Assembly: GCA_016930555.1 (NCBI GenBank)
Contig: JAFGGM010000051.1
Location: 4,715 to 68,714 of the forward strand
Length of the DNA stretch: 64,000 nucleotides
Reading direction: 5' to 3'
Origin: Candidatus Bathyarchaeum sp.
GTDB taxonomy: Archaea; Thermoproteota; Bathyarchaeia; Bathyarchaeales; Bathyarchaeaceae
The position numbers and the translations under genes are program-made. The notes under the pieces are model-generated. The model did not search any database and was not told the DNA's origin. It saw only the letters and a program-made list of their open reading frames with translations. Positions 9,322-18,374 of this stretch are shown here, piece by piece (position 1 is the first letter of the stretch; every line of letters starts with the position of its first letter).

Positions 9322-11030
9322 AAATGGCAAAAATGACTGGAGCACAAGCTCTCATAGAATCTCTGAAACGCGAAAAAGTAGACGTGATGTTTGGTATATC
9401 TGGAGGAGCTCTTCTGCCCATCCATGATGTCCTTTGTGACTGTAATGAAATTAGGCATATCCTTGCTCGACACGAACAGGGTGCAGCCCACATGGCAGAT
9501 GGATACGCTAGGGCGCTTGGTCGAGCGGGAGTATGCATGGCTACTTCAGGTCCTGGAGCCACAAACATTGTCACGGGATTGGCCAACGCCTACCTAGACT
9601 CTTCGCCAGTTGTTGCATTGACTGGGCAGGTTAACACTTACTCCGAAAACACAGCTTATATGATTGGTCGTGACGCATTCCAAGAAGCTGACATAATCGG
9701 AATAACAACACCAATAACAAAGTATAATTGTCAAGTTAAGAGCCCAGCAGAGATTCCCACTGCAGTAAAGACAACATTCCACATTGCCACAACAGGCAGA
9801 CCTGGACCAGCTTTGATCGACTTCCCGAAAGACACTCAAACGAAAAAAGCTGAAATGGTGTTTCCGGACAATGTGCAGATTAGGGGCTACAAACCCAACA
9901 CTGAACCCCACCCAATTCAGGTTAAGCGGGCTGTAAAGATGCTCCTCAAGGCAGAGCGCCCAATGATACTTGCAGGCGGAGGAGTAATCCTTTCGAATGC
10001 CTCGCCTGAGTTGCTGCAACTTGCTGAACTTTTGATGATGCCAGTGGCAACAACGTTCATGGGAAAGAGCTGTTTCCCCGAAAATCATCCTCTGTCTATG
10101 GGTAATATTGGGATGCACGGGACCATGTTGGCAAACAAGATGATTTTGGAAGCGGATGTTCTGCTGGCTGTTGGGACAAGATTTCAGGATAGAAGCACAG
10201 GAACATTGGATGGCTTCTGTCCAAACGCCAAAATTATTCACATTGACATTGATGCTGCGGAGATAGGAAAGAACGTTCCTGTTGAAGTGCCGATTGTAGC
10301 TGACGCAAAACCGACCTTGAGGCTTATTCATCAACAGCTAGTTCATAAAATCAAGAAGCGCGAGAGTACCGTATGGAGCAAAAAAGTCAAGGAAGCTAAA
10401 GAAACATTTCTGAGTGAAATGGACTTTGGTAAGGCTGAGGTAACTTCTCCGAAGCTGCTGAAGGAACTTCGTAAGCTTCTTCCAAACAAAGCGGTCATAG
10501 CCACTGAGGTGGGACAGAATCAGATGTGGGCGGCTCTCCATTTCCAGACAATCAAACCTCGAACATGGATCAGTTCTGGCGGCTTAGGGACAATGGGTTT
10601 CGGTTTTCCTGCTTCTATAGGAGCAAAAGTGGCGTGTCCTTCATGCCCAGTTGTTGACATAGCTGGAGATGGAAGTTTCAGAATGACTGAGCAGGAGTTG
10701 GGTACCTCAGTGACAGAAGACATACCCGTAATAGTGGTTATCTTGAATAATTCAATGCTGGGCATGGTCGCTCAGTGGCAGCGCCTATTCTACAAGAGTA
10801 GATATGCCGCTGTGAAGTTGGGATCAGTCCCCGATTTCGTTAAGCTGGCTCAAGCCTACGGCGCTGAGGGAGTTCGTGCAGCCTCTTTGAGTGAGTTCTC
10901 TGATGCAACGAAAAAAGCTTTAAAGACTGAGGTAACAACGGTCATTGATGTTCCAATCTCACCAGAGGATGATGTGTTTCCGATGCTTCCACCGGGTAAA
11001 GGTCTAAAAGATACTGTTGCGGGGTTGTAA
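9318..11030 (+). CDS. ilvB: Acetolactate synthase large (catalytic) subunit, ThDP-dependent
   Basis: 570 aa with full-length AHAS similarity (GISGGALLPIHD..., GLGTMGFGFPASIGAK, GDGSF). The likely ATG is at 9324 or 9333. It overlaps the stop of the upstream gene. Confidence 0.95.
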   Translation: MKMAKMTGAQALIESLKREKVDVMFGISGGALLPIHDVLCDCNEIRHILARHEQGAAHMADGYARALGRAGVCMATSGPGATNIVTGLANAYLDSSPVVALTGQVNTYSENTAYMIGRDAFQEADIIGITTPITKYNCQVKSPAEIPTAVKTTFHIATTGRPGPALIDFPKDTQTKKAEMVFPDNVQIRGYKPNTEPHPIQVKRAVKMLLKAERPMILAGGGVILSNASPELLQLAELLMMPVATTFMGKSCFPENHPLSMGNIGMHGTMLANKMILEADVLLAVGTRFQDRSTGTLDGFCPNAKIIHIDIDAAEIGKNVPVEVPIVADAKPTLRLIHQQLVHKIKKRESTVWSKKVKEAKETFLSEMDFGKAEVTSPKLLKELRKLLPNKAVIATEVGQNQMWAALHFQTIKPRTWISSGGLGTMGFGFPASIGAKVACPSCPVVDIAGDGSFRMTEQELGTSVTEDIPVIVVILNNSMLGMVAQWQRLFYKSRYAAVKLGSVPDFVKLAQAYGAEGVRAASLSEFSDATKKALKTEVTTVIDVPISPEDDVFPMLPPGKGLKDTVAGL

Positions 11031-11033
11031 ACC

Positions 11034-11546
11034 ATGGCACAAGAACACACTCACATAATCTCAACTATTGTAGAAAATAAGCCAGGCGTCCTTTATACCG
11101 TTTCGAACCTGTTTAGACGAAGAAGCTTCAACATAGACAACATTTCTGTTGGACCAACAGAAGATGCTGAGTCAGCCCGAATGACAATAATGGTCAAAGG
11201 AGATGACAGAACAATCGAACAAGTTGTCAAGCAGTTGAACAAACTGATAGACGTTCTCAAAGTAACTCGCTTAGACCCAGAAAACATTGTGACAAGGGAA
11301 CTGGCGCTAATCAAAGTCAACGCCTTAAACACTAAGGCTCGTTCAGACATCATTAACTACGCTGACATCTTCAGGGCTCGGGTGGTCGACGTTTCGCCTG
11401 AGTCGTTGATGATGGAGATCACTGGAACTCCTGACAAAATCGATGCGTTCATTGGTTTGATGAAGCCTTTCGGAGTGAAAGAGGTAGCCAGAACAGGGAT
11501 AACTGCTCTCTCCAGAGGAGCCAAATCAATCAAAGTTGATGAATAA
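11034..11546 (+). CDS. ilvN: Acetolactate synthase small (regulatory) subunit, ACT domain
   Basis: 170 aa. HIISTIVENKPGVLYTVSNLFRRRSFNIDNISVGPTED is typical of AHAS small subunits. It lies directly after ilvB. Confidence 0.9.
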   Translation: MAQEHTHIISTIVENKPGVLYTVSNLFRRRSFNIDNISVGPTEDAESARMTIMVKGDDRTIEQVVKQLNKLIDVLKVTRLDPENIVTRELALIKVNALNTKARSDIINYADIFRARVVDVSPESLMMEITGTPDKIDAFIGLMKPFGVKEVARTGITALSRGAKSIKVDE

Positions 11547-11600
11547 AAAGCTTGACAAAAAGAATTTATTGCTTAATTCAATCTACGTAAATCTGTGTGA

Positions 11601-12662
11601 GTGGAAAATATGGTTAAACTAGACTTTGGTGGCGTAAAAGAGACTGTAACAACAAGGAAAGAGTTTCCTGTAGAAAAAGCAAAAGATATCCTGAAGAAAG
11701 AAATAATTGCTGTCCTAGGATATGGTATTCAAGGACGCGCTCAGTCATTGAACATGAGAGACAACGGACTTTGTGTTATCATTGGACAAGACAAAAGGTT
11801 CACAAAAAACTGGGAACAAGCCCTAGAAGATGGCTGGGTTCCAGGTAAGACCCTTTTCTCTGTTGAGGAAGCTGCAAAAAAAGGAACCATCAAACTGTAT
11901 CTGCTGACTGATGCTGCACAGAAAGCATTGTGGCCAGTAATCAAGCCAACCTTCAAAGAGGGCGACGCACTATACTTTTCCCATGGGTTTTCAATAGTTT
12001 ATGGTGACCTCACGGGTGTGGTTCCTCCAGAAAATATTGACGTAATTTTGGTTGCGCCAAAAGGTTCTGGAACTTCAGTGAGACGAAATTTTGTTGCGGG
12101 TAGCGGAATAAACAGCAGTTTTGCTGTTCATCAAGATTTCACAGGCAGAGCAGAAGACAGAGTGAAAGCTATTGGAATCGCCATTGGTTCAGGTTACTTG
12201 TTTCCAACCACCTTCGAGAAGGAAGTTTACAGTGATTTGACTGGAGAACGGGGAGTATTGATGGGAGCCCTTGCGGGCATAATGGAAGCCCAGTATAACT
12301 GCTTACGTGAGAAGGGTCATAGCCCCAGTGAAGCTTTCAATGAAACTGTTGAGGAGCTTACTCAGAGCTTGATCAGGCTTGTCGATCAGAACGGAATGGA
12401 CTGGATGTACAACAACTGCAGTGAGACCGCAAGAATCGGTGCCCTCAGATGGAAAGAAAGGTTCAGGGATTGTGTGAAGCCTCTCTTTGATTCATTGTAT
12501 GAGCTGGTTGCTTCAGGAGAAGAAGTGAAGATTGTCCTTGAAAAGAGCACAGAACCTGGTTATGCGAAAAAGTTGGCTGACGAGCTAGCTGCCATGGGGA
12601 ACTCTGAGATGTGGAAGGCAGGCAAAACAGTACGGTCACTTAGACCTGACAGCAAGTGTTAA
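11601..12662 (+). CDS. ilvC: Ketol-acid reductoisomerase
   Basis: 353 aa with the GYGIQGRAQSLNMRDNG NADPH-binding motif of class I KARI. The probable ATG is at 11610. Confidence 0.95.
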   Translation: MENMVKLDFGGVKETVTTRKEFPVEKAKDILKKEIIAVLGYGIQGRAQSLNMRDNGLCVIIGQDKRFTKNWEQALEDGWVPGKTLFSVEEAAKKGTIKLYLLTDAAQKALWPVIKPTFKEGDALYFSHGFSIVYGDLTGVVPPENIDVILVAPKGSGTSVRRNFVAGSGINSSFAVHQDFTGRAEDRVKAIGIAIGSGYLFPTTFEKEVYSDLTGERGVLMGALAGIMEAQYNCLREKGHSPSEAFNETVEELTQSLIRLVDQNGMDWMYNNCSETARIGALRWKERFRDCVKPLFDSLYELVASGEEVKIVLEKSTEPGYAKKLADELAAMGNSEMWKAGKTVRSLRPDSKC

Positions 12663-12681
12663 GTAAGCTAGTTTTTAGTTT

Positions 12682-12710
12682 GCGGGACTCGTAAAATCCC
12701 GCCTTTTTTG
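12682..12710 (+). terminator. Hairpin plus T-run after ilvC
   Basis: GCGGGA (12682-12687), a 9-nt loop, TCCCGC (12697-12702), then C-TTTTTT (12704-12709), about 20 nt after the ilvC stop. Confidence 0.5.
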
Positions 12711-12845
12711 TGTTCTTTGGCTTTTTTAGACGATTTTTTTCTCTATTTTTTGTATACAATATTTCATTTATCGTAATATGCCATTCTGTAGAGGATGCTA
12801 TTTATAGAAAAATTGTGGTTTCGTTCTAGTGTAAGGTGTGCTTAG

Positions 12846-13082
12846 ATGAGAAGTTCCTTTGAGATTATCGCTGAAATTTTAAATACCGCAAAGAATGGAG
12901 CAAAAAAGACGCGTATTATGTATTCTTGTGGTCTCAGCTACAGGTTTGTTGAAAAATATTTGGAGCTGTTGCTGGATACGGGTCTTCTGCAAACGGGAAA
13001 CTCTTATCATACAACCGATAAGGGCATGGGATTTCTCAACAAGTATCAAACTTTAGAGCTTCTGCTGAACACACGACAGTAA
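12846..13082 (+). CDS. Small winged-helix DNA-binding protein
   Basis: 78 aa. EIIAEILNTAKNGAKKTRIMYSCGLSYRFVEKYLELLLDTGLL matches the small archaeal wHTH family. A TTTATA element at 12801-12806 and AGGTG at 12834-12838 precede the ATG. Confidence 0.6.
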   Translation: MRSSFEIIAEILNTAKNGAKKTRIMYSCGLSYRFVEKYLELLLDTGLLQTGNSYHTTDKGMGFLNKYQTLELLLNTRQ

Positions 13083-13289
13083 CTCCACAAACTTCTTATG
13101 TTTCTAATCTGCTCAAGTCAAGCAGTAGTAATTGTTGGTTCTTGCAAACCTGAAAAGAATACTGTTTCAACATTCTGCTGCTTTTAGGCTCCTAATATGT
13201 CCCATTTTTGTGTGTCTGTGAGGGTCGTGTATTATGTTTTTTGTGCACAAAATATACAGTTTATGGCGTCGTAATATTTAATACATTGG

Positions 13290-14480
13290 TTGAGGATAAC
13301 CACAAAGAGAATGATTAAAGGCATGCATTCACCAACCAGACAAAAGAAGATTTTCGTAATCTCCCTCACTATTTCGTTACTGCTTCTTCTATCAAACAGT
13401 TGCTATGCAGGAACATATAGCCATCGCTATAGCCTCCTAAACAACCCAGACGACTCCACAGCCTACCGCTTAACGGTCTCTGTAACTGGAACACTTTATA
13501 ACTACTACGTTAGCCAAGACCACAATCTCTACAGCTACGACTTCGCTAAGTTCGTGACTCCCCATGCTGTGCAACCAATAGCAGATGACTTGTGGAGCAT
13601 CTATAGCAGCCAAGAAGACTTTACCAACGGTGTCCTCATGATAATGCACCAGATTCCTTACGTGGAAAGTAGTCCTCAGAAGTTTCCGGTAGAAATCCTT
13701 GCGGAAAATGAAGGAGACTGTGATCTTTTCTCGCTGACGGCGGCGTCTATAATGAAGGCGGGGGGACTTGACGTTGTTTTGCTTCTTATGGAAAACTATG
13801 ATCATATGATGCTTGGGGTTCATCTTCCAGACGCGCCAGAGGATGCTCGGACTCAGGTCTTTTATTATGAACACGAAGGAAAGAAATACTATGTGGCGGA
13901 GACTACTGGAGAAAACTGGGAAACAGGATGGCGCGTTGGCGAGTGCCATGAGAGCCTTCAAAGTGCAGCAGCAAAAATTTACGATATAGACGATTGCGAA
14001 ACGACATCTATAGGGCAGGTTTCATCCAGTTACATGATGCCCGATTCCGCGGAAATCAACATGATGCTCTCCACAAACTTTGCTCTTTCTCAAAAAGCAG
14101 TTGAAATAATGGGGACGCTTTCTCCGTCTTTATCTGGAAGAACAGTTACGCTGTACGTGAGTACGTTAAGCTCGTCTTTGAGTATTTTGGCAAAGGTTGA
14201 AACAGACAGCTACGGGGCCTACTCTTACACATGGAGTTCTCCGCCCAGCGGCGTACATACTCTTAGAGCCAACTGGTCAGGAGACGAAGATTACAACGGC
14301 GCAGATAGTAGCACATCTAGACTTGTAGTCATAGCTTCTGAGTACTTGATAATGGGTGGTCTTCTGGTTTTCTTCTTGGTGATTCTTCTTGTAGTGACGT
14401 TGGTAACTCGAAGCGGAAAATCGGATATTCCAGAAGCCTTCCAAGAATGGGAAGTCACAGATTACGGTCAAGAATTTTGA
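13290..14480 (+). CDS. Exported, C-terminally membrane-anchored protein with transglutaminase-like cysteine-protease core
   Basis: There is a signal-like N-terminus (KKIFVISLTISLLLLLSNSCYA), with the likely ATG at 13311. EGDCDLFSLTAASIMKAGGLDVVLLL...DHMMLGVH...YYVAETTG resembles the Cys-His-Asp core. A beta-rich repeat-like region and a C-terminal TM helix (LIMGGLLVFFLVILLVVTLV) follow. Confidence 0.45.
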   Translation: MRITTKRMIKGMHSPTRQKKIFVISLTISLLLLLSNSCYAGTYSHRYSLLNNPDDSTAYRLTVSVTGTLYNYYVSQDHNLYSYDFAKFVTPHAVQPIADDLWSIYSSQEDFTNGVLMIMHQIPYVESSPQKFPVEILAENEGDCDLFSLTAASIMKAGGLDVVLLLMENYDHMMLGVHLPDAPEDARTQVFYYEHEGKKYYVAETTGENWETGWRVGECHESLQSAAAKIYDIDDCETTSIGQVSSSYMMPDSAEINMMLSTNFALSQKAVEIMGTLSPSLSGRTVTLYVSTLSSSLSILAKVETDSYGAYSYTWSSPPSGVHTLRANWSGDEDYNGADSSTSRLVVIASEYLIMGGLLVFFLVILLVVTLVTRSGKSDIPEAFQEWEVTDYGQEF

Positions 14481-14532
14481 AAAACTTATCTGACAAAAAA
14501 GCATACATTCTCCAAGCTACGGGGACACAGCC

Positions 14533-15195
14533 ATGAACCTGAAAATCGATTCAGAACTTAAAACCGCTTTTCCGGACCTAACTGTTCTTACACTCTACAT
14601 CAGCGGTGTACAGATTCAGAAACGGGACACTGACCTGGAAAAATTCAAGATTGCGGTAACACAGCAGATTAGGAACGAATATGACCTATACACCGTAAAG
14701 GATCATCCAACATTCAGGGCTTATCGAGACTTTTTCTGGAGCATAAAAATTGACCCCACTAAAATACGTCCAGCAGCAGAGGCACTGATTCGAAGAATTC
14801 TCGCAGGAAAAACTCTCCCATGCATAAACACTCTTGTTGATGCCTACAACCTAGCCTCCATAAAAACCAGAATCGCTCTCGCAACATTTGATGCAGACAA
14901 ACTAGACGGAGAGCTTCTGATGAGGTTTGCAGAAGAGGGGGAGCACTTTAGTGGAATTGGTATGGAGAAAACGTTGATGTTGAGGGGGGGAGAGATTGTG
15001 GTTTCCGACAAAGAGAAGCTTGTGGCAGTCTACCCTTACAGGGACGCTGGCAACACAAAAGTAACTGAGAAAACAAAAAATATTACGGTGGTGGTTTGTG
15101 GGGTTCCAGGCGTCAATAAACAAGAGTTGGAAAAGGCTTCTGATGTTGCATTGGAGTATGTAACACGTTTTTGCGGTGGAACAAAAGGAGTTTAG
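14533..15195 (+). CDS. B3/B4 (PheRS-beta-like tRNA-binding) domain protein
   Basis: 220 aa. PAAEALIRRILAGKTLPCINTLVDAYNLASIKTRIALATFDADKL resembles stand-alone B3_4-domain proteins. Confidence 0.6.
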   Translation: MNLKIDSELKTAFPDLTVLTLYISGVQIQKRDTDLEKFKIAVTQQIRNEYDLYTVKDHPTFRAYRDFFWSIKIDPTKIRPAAEALIRRILAGKTLPCINTLVDAYNLASIKTRIALATFDADKLDGELLMRFAEEGEHFSGIGMEKTLMLRGGEIVVSDKEKLVAVYPYRDAGNTKVTEKTKNITVVVCGVPGVNKQELEKASDVALEYVTRFCGGTKGV

Positions 15196-15298
15196 TTCCT
15201 CCCGATGCATTGGATTTGGGCTCAGGAGCTTGTTAAGTAAAACATTTATAGTATCGAGGTGTGTAGTATCTTCATCCAGTTCCAGGTTATAGAGACTT

Positions 15299-15646
15299 AT
15301 GAGTGAAGAAACGAAGCCAGAAACCGAAGAAGCCCAAACAGAAGAAATAAAGAAATTATTGATTGACGATCCATCTGATTTTAAATTTCATGCAGCCTAC
15401 ATGGCATATTCTGAGACTTGGGATAAATTATCTTCTCCAGAAATAAAAAAAGAATTGAATGAAATGCTGATGTCCTTATCTAAGGATGAGATGAGCTACT
15501 CCAACTTCTACAGAACCTTAGATGAGTACAGAAGGCAAGGTTCTAAACATTTTGAATTCTCTAGGGAACGTATAGAAACCCAAAGAAAAAGAGACTGGAG
15601 ACAGAAACAAACTCGAAGCCAAAGAAACCAAAGACACAGACACTAA
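15299..15646 (+). CDS. Hypothetical small protein with acidic N-terminus and basic tail
   Basis: A 115-aa ORF in an otherwise empty interval. No family was recognised. Confidence 0.3.
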   Translation: MSEETKPETEEAQTEEIKKLLIDDPSDFKFHAAYMAYSETWDKLSSPEIKKELNEMLMSLSKDEMSYSNFYRTLDEYRRQGSKHFEFSRERIETQRKRDWRQKQTRSQRNQRHRH

Positions 15647-15662
15647 GTTTTCAGTCTAGGGT

Positions 15663-16667
15663 TTATAGGGCATCGATTATTGCGTCTGTGACCTCTTTGG
15701 TGGACGAAGAGCCTCCAAGGTCCGGGGTCAAAACTTTTCCTTCCTTTAGCACAGATACGATGGCATTTTCTATGCGTTCAGCCCAACTGTTTTCGCCTAG
15801 GTAATCCAGCATCATCTTGGATGCCATAATCGCCGCCATAGGGTTTGCGATATTCTTTCCTGCAAGCCGTGGAGCAGAACCGTGAACAGGCTCAAAGAGG
15901 GCGTAATCGGCTCCTATGTTGGCGCTTGGAGCCAGTCCCAATCCTCCAACTATGCCAGCTGATTCGTCTGACAGGATGTCTCCGAAAAGGTTTGAGGTTA
16001 CAATCACGTCAAAGATGTTGGGCTTCAGAATAAGGCGCATTGCTGTAACATCAACGAAAGCTTCTTCCACTTCCACATCTGGGAAATCTTCTGCAACTTT
16101 GTGGGCAACCTCAAGAAAGAGACCGTCTGATACCCGTAGCACATTCGCTTTGGTAACCACAGTCACTTTCTTGCGCCGCTTCATAGCCAACTCAAAGGCA
16201 AATCGTGTAATCCGCTCAGTTGCCTTACGCGATATTACTCTGATGGTGTATGCAGAATCAGGCAACTTGAATTCCCATCCGCTGTACATTCCTTCAGTGT
16301 TTTCCCGTACAATCACCAAATCAACATCTTTCATGCCTTTCTGGGTTGGATAGCTTTTTGCGGGTCTAACATTAGCATATAAGCCTAGGGAGCGCCTCAA
16401 CATTATAATCGCGCTCTTGTAGCCTGGAACACCCACAGGAGTTGTTGTTGCTCCAAAGAGGCAAGCTTGAGTCTCACGTACGCCAGCCAAAACATCGTCA
16501 GGAACTGGAGTGCCAGTTTGTTGCCACACTTCAAAGCCGATTTCAAAGTATCTGCAATCAAAATTCAGGTCTGTGCTTTCCAGTAACCTGATAGCTTCAG
16601 GAACAACTTCGCCGCCGATTCCAGGACCCGGAATAACAGCCAACTTATACGTTGTCATATCCATCAC
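15663..16667 (-). CDS. leuB: 3-isopropylmalate dehydrogenase (or homoisocitrate dehydrogenase; specificity unresolved)
   Basis: 334 aa of the beta-decarboxylating dehydrogenase family (VIPGPGIGGEV..., NLFGDILSDE..GGLGLAPSANIG). It is the last gene of the hcs-leuC-leuD-leuB array. Confidence 0.85.
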   Translation of the reverse strand: MMDMTTYKLAVIPGPGIGGEVVPEAIRLLESTDLNFDCRYFEIGFEVWQQTGTPVPDDVLAGVRETQACLFGATTTPVGVPGYKSAIIMLRRSLGLYANVRPAKSYPTQKGMKDVDLVIVRENTEGMYSGWEFKLPDSAYTIRVISRKATERITRFAFELAMKRRKKVTVVTKANVLRVSDGLFLEVAHKVAEDFPDVEVEEAFVDVTAMRLILKPNIFDVIVTSNLFGDILSDESAGIVGGLGLAPSANIGADYALFEPVHGSAPRLAGKNIANPMAAIMASKMMLDYLGENSWAERIENAIVSVLKEGKVLTPDLGGSSSTKEVTDAIIDAL

Positions 16668-17130
16668 TTCTCAGAAACTCTACTAAGCCACCCCTATCAA
16701 CAATCTTCTGCATAAAGGGTGGTAACGGTTTCACCTTAAGAACTAACCCTTTAGTTTTGTCGCGAATCTCGCCAGTTTTGAAGTCTATCTCAACTGCGTC
16801 GCCGTCATCAATCTTCTCAGTATCTTCGCAAACAAAGAGGGGCAATCCAATGTTTATGGCGTTTCTGAAGAATATTCGAGCAAAGGATTTTGCTACTACA
16901 GCGCCTACGCCAGCAGCCTTTATCGCAACAGGAGAATGCTCCCGCGACGAGCCACAGCCAAAGTTGTTTCCCGCAACAATCACATCACCCTCCTTGACTT
17001 GTTTCACAAACTCTGGTCGGTACTCTATGAATGCTATTTCGCTCAGCCGTTTCTTGTCCGTTGTTACGGTGTATCGTCCAGGCGTGATAATGTCAGTATT
17101 TATGTCGTCACCAAACTTCCATGCTCTCAC
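16645..17130 (-). CDS. leuD: 3-isopropylmalate dehydratase small subunit (or homoaconitase small subunit)
   Basis: 161 aa, archaeal-type LeuD/HacB (FGDDINTDIITPGRY..., GNNFGCGSSREH). Confidence 0.85.
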   Translation of the reverse strand: MRAWKFGDDINTDIITPGRYTVTTDKKRLSEIAFIEYRPEFVKQVKEGDVIVAGNNFGCGSSREHSPVAIKAAGVGAVVAKSFARIFFRNAINIGLPLFVCEDTEKIDDGDAVEIDFKTGEIRDKTKGLVLKVKPLPPFMQKIVDRGGLVEFLRSDGYDNV

Positions 17131-18374
17131 ATGTAATCCCTCGGATCAGCAATCTTCCCTGTCAATGCTGACGCGGCAACCGTTGCCGGAGAAGCCAAAA
17201 TAATGTCTGCTTTCGGGTCGCCCATTCTTCCTGTGAAGTTACGGTTCATGCTAGAAACACAAGTCTCTCCCTCACAGAGCACTCCTTCGTGTCTGCCGAT
17301 GCAAGGACCACAACTGGCATTGCAGACTGTTGCTCCTGCTTTAACCAGAGCCTCCAAGTAACCTTCCTCTAGTGCTGCAAAGTAGATGTCCTCTGATGCA
17401 GGGGAGACTATGAGTCTGACGTTTCGAGCAATCTTCTTTCCTTTTAGTATTTTTGTGGCAACCTCGATGTCTTCTAGCCGCCCATTTGTGCATGTTCCCA
17501 GAAAGGCTTGATCTATTTTTCTCCCCTCAACTGCAGAAACAGGTTTCACATTATCTACTGATGCAGGAAGCGCAACCTGAGGCTCAAGTTCTCCAACCTC
17601 TATTTCATACTCGTCCTTGTATGATGCTTCCTTGTCGCTTCTGAAAATCTTTCCAGTTCGTCCGCCAAGAAAATCAAGCGTTTTTTGGTCAGCCTCGATT
17701 ATGCCGTTTTTTCCACCCATCTCAATAGCCATGTTACACAAAGTCAAACGAGAAGAGACCGTTGCGTTATCGACGTAGTCTCCAGTGAACTCGCAGGCTT
17801 TGTAGAGTGCTCCGTCAGCTCCAACATCACCAATAATGCTTAAGATAACGTCCTTAGCATAGACGCCTTTCCGTGTCTGGCCAGTTAGATTAAATTTCAG
17901 GCTTTCAGGAACCTTAAACCAGCATTTTCCCGTAGCCATGGAACCCCCAATGTCAGTTGACCCCAAACCAGTAGTGAAGGCTCCTAAGGCTCCTTCAGTG
18001 CATGTGTGAGAGTCAGCTCCAACAACTACGTCTCCAGGAGAAACAAACTTTTCAACCAAGAGCTGATGACAGACTCCATTTGTGAAGAATCCTGAAAGTT
18101 GTTGGTCAGCAACAAATTTTCTTGATTTCTGGTGTAGGGTTGCTCCTGCCACGGTGGGTGCAGGAAAGAAGTGGTCAAATACAATTATGACTTTGTCTTT
18201 GTTGAAGACTTTGTCAGTGATGCTGTAGAATGCTTCGATTGCCAGAGGGGCTGTGGAGTCGTGTGCCATAACATAGTTTACGTCGGCGATCGCAAAATCT
18301 CCAGCAGCCACTTCATTCTGATGGGACGCATGAGCTAAGATTTTTTCAGTTATTGTAGAAGCCATAAGCCTCAA
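17127..18374 (-). CDS. leuC: 3-isopropylmalate dehydratase large subunit (or homoaconitase large subunit)
   Basis: 415 aa of the aconitase family with cluster-ligand regions (GADSHTCT, GTCTNGR, CGPCIG). It has 4-nt overlaps with both neighbours. Confidence 0.85.
   Translation of the reverse strand: MRLMASTITEKILAHASHQNEVAAGDFAIADVNYVMAHDSTAPLAIEAFYSITDKVFNKDKVIIVFDHFFPAPTVAGATLHQKSRKFVADQQLSGFFTNGVCHQLLVEKFVSPGDVVVGADSHTCTEGALGAFTTGLGSTDIGGSMATGKCWFKVPESLKFNLTGQTRKGVYAKDVILSIIGDVGADGALYKACEFTGDYVDNATVSSRLTLCNMAIEMGGKNGIIEADQKTLDFLGGRTGKIFRSDKEASYKDEYEIEVGELEPQVALPASVDNVKPVSAVEGRKIDQAFLGTCTNGRLEDIEVATKILKGKKIARNVRLIVSPASEDIYFAALEEGYLEALVKAGATVCNASCGPCIGRHEGVLCEGETCVSSMNRNFTGRMGDPKADIILASPATVAASALTGKIADPRDYM

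Noticed and set aside
9594-10334. Long antisense ORFs inside strongly conserved genes. Examples are the 246 aa opposite ilvB here; 4801-5394 opposite ilvD; 24196-24762 opposite lysJ; 27740-28333 and 28095-28559 opposite icd; 16652-17203 opposite leuD; and 1010-1447 opposite the LLM oxidoreductase.
   Set aside because: They lie entirely within genes that have full-length family similarity on the other strand. Their translations are low-complexity (Ser/Cys/Pro/Leu-rich) with no recognisable motifs. They are typical shadow ORFs.
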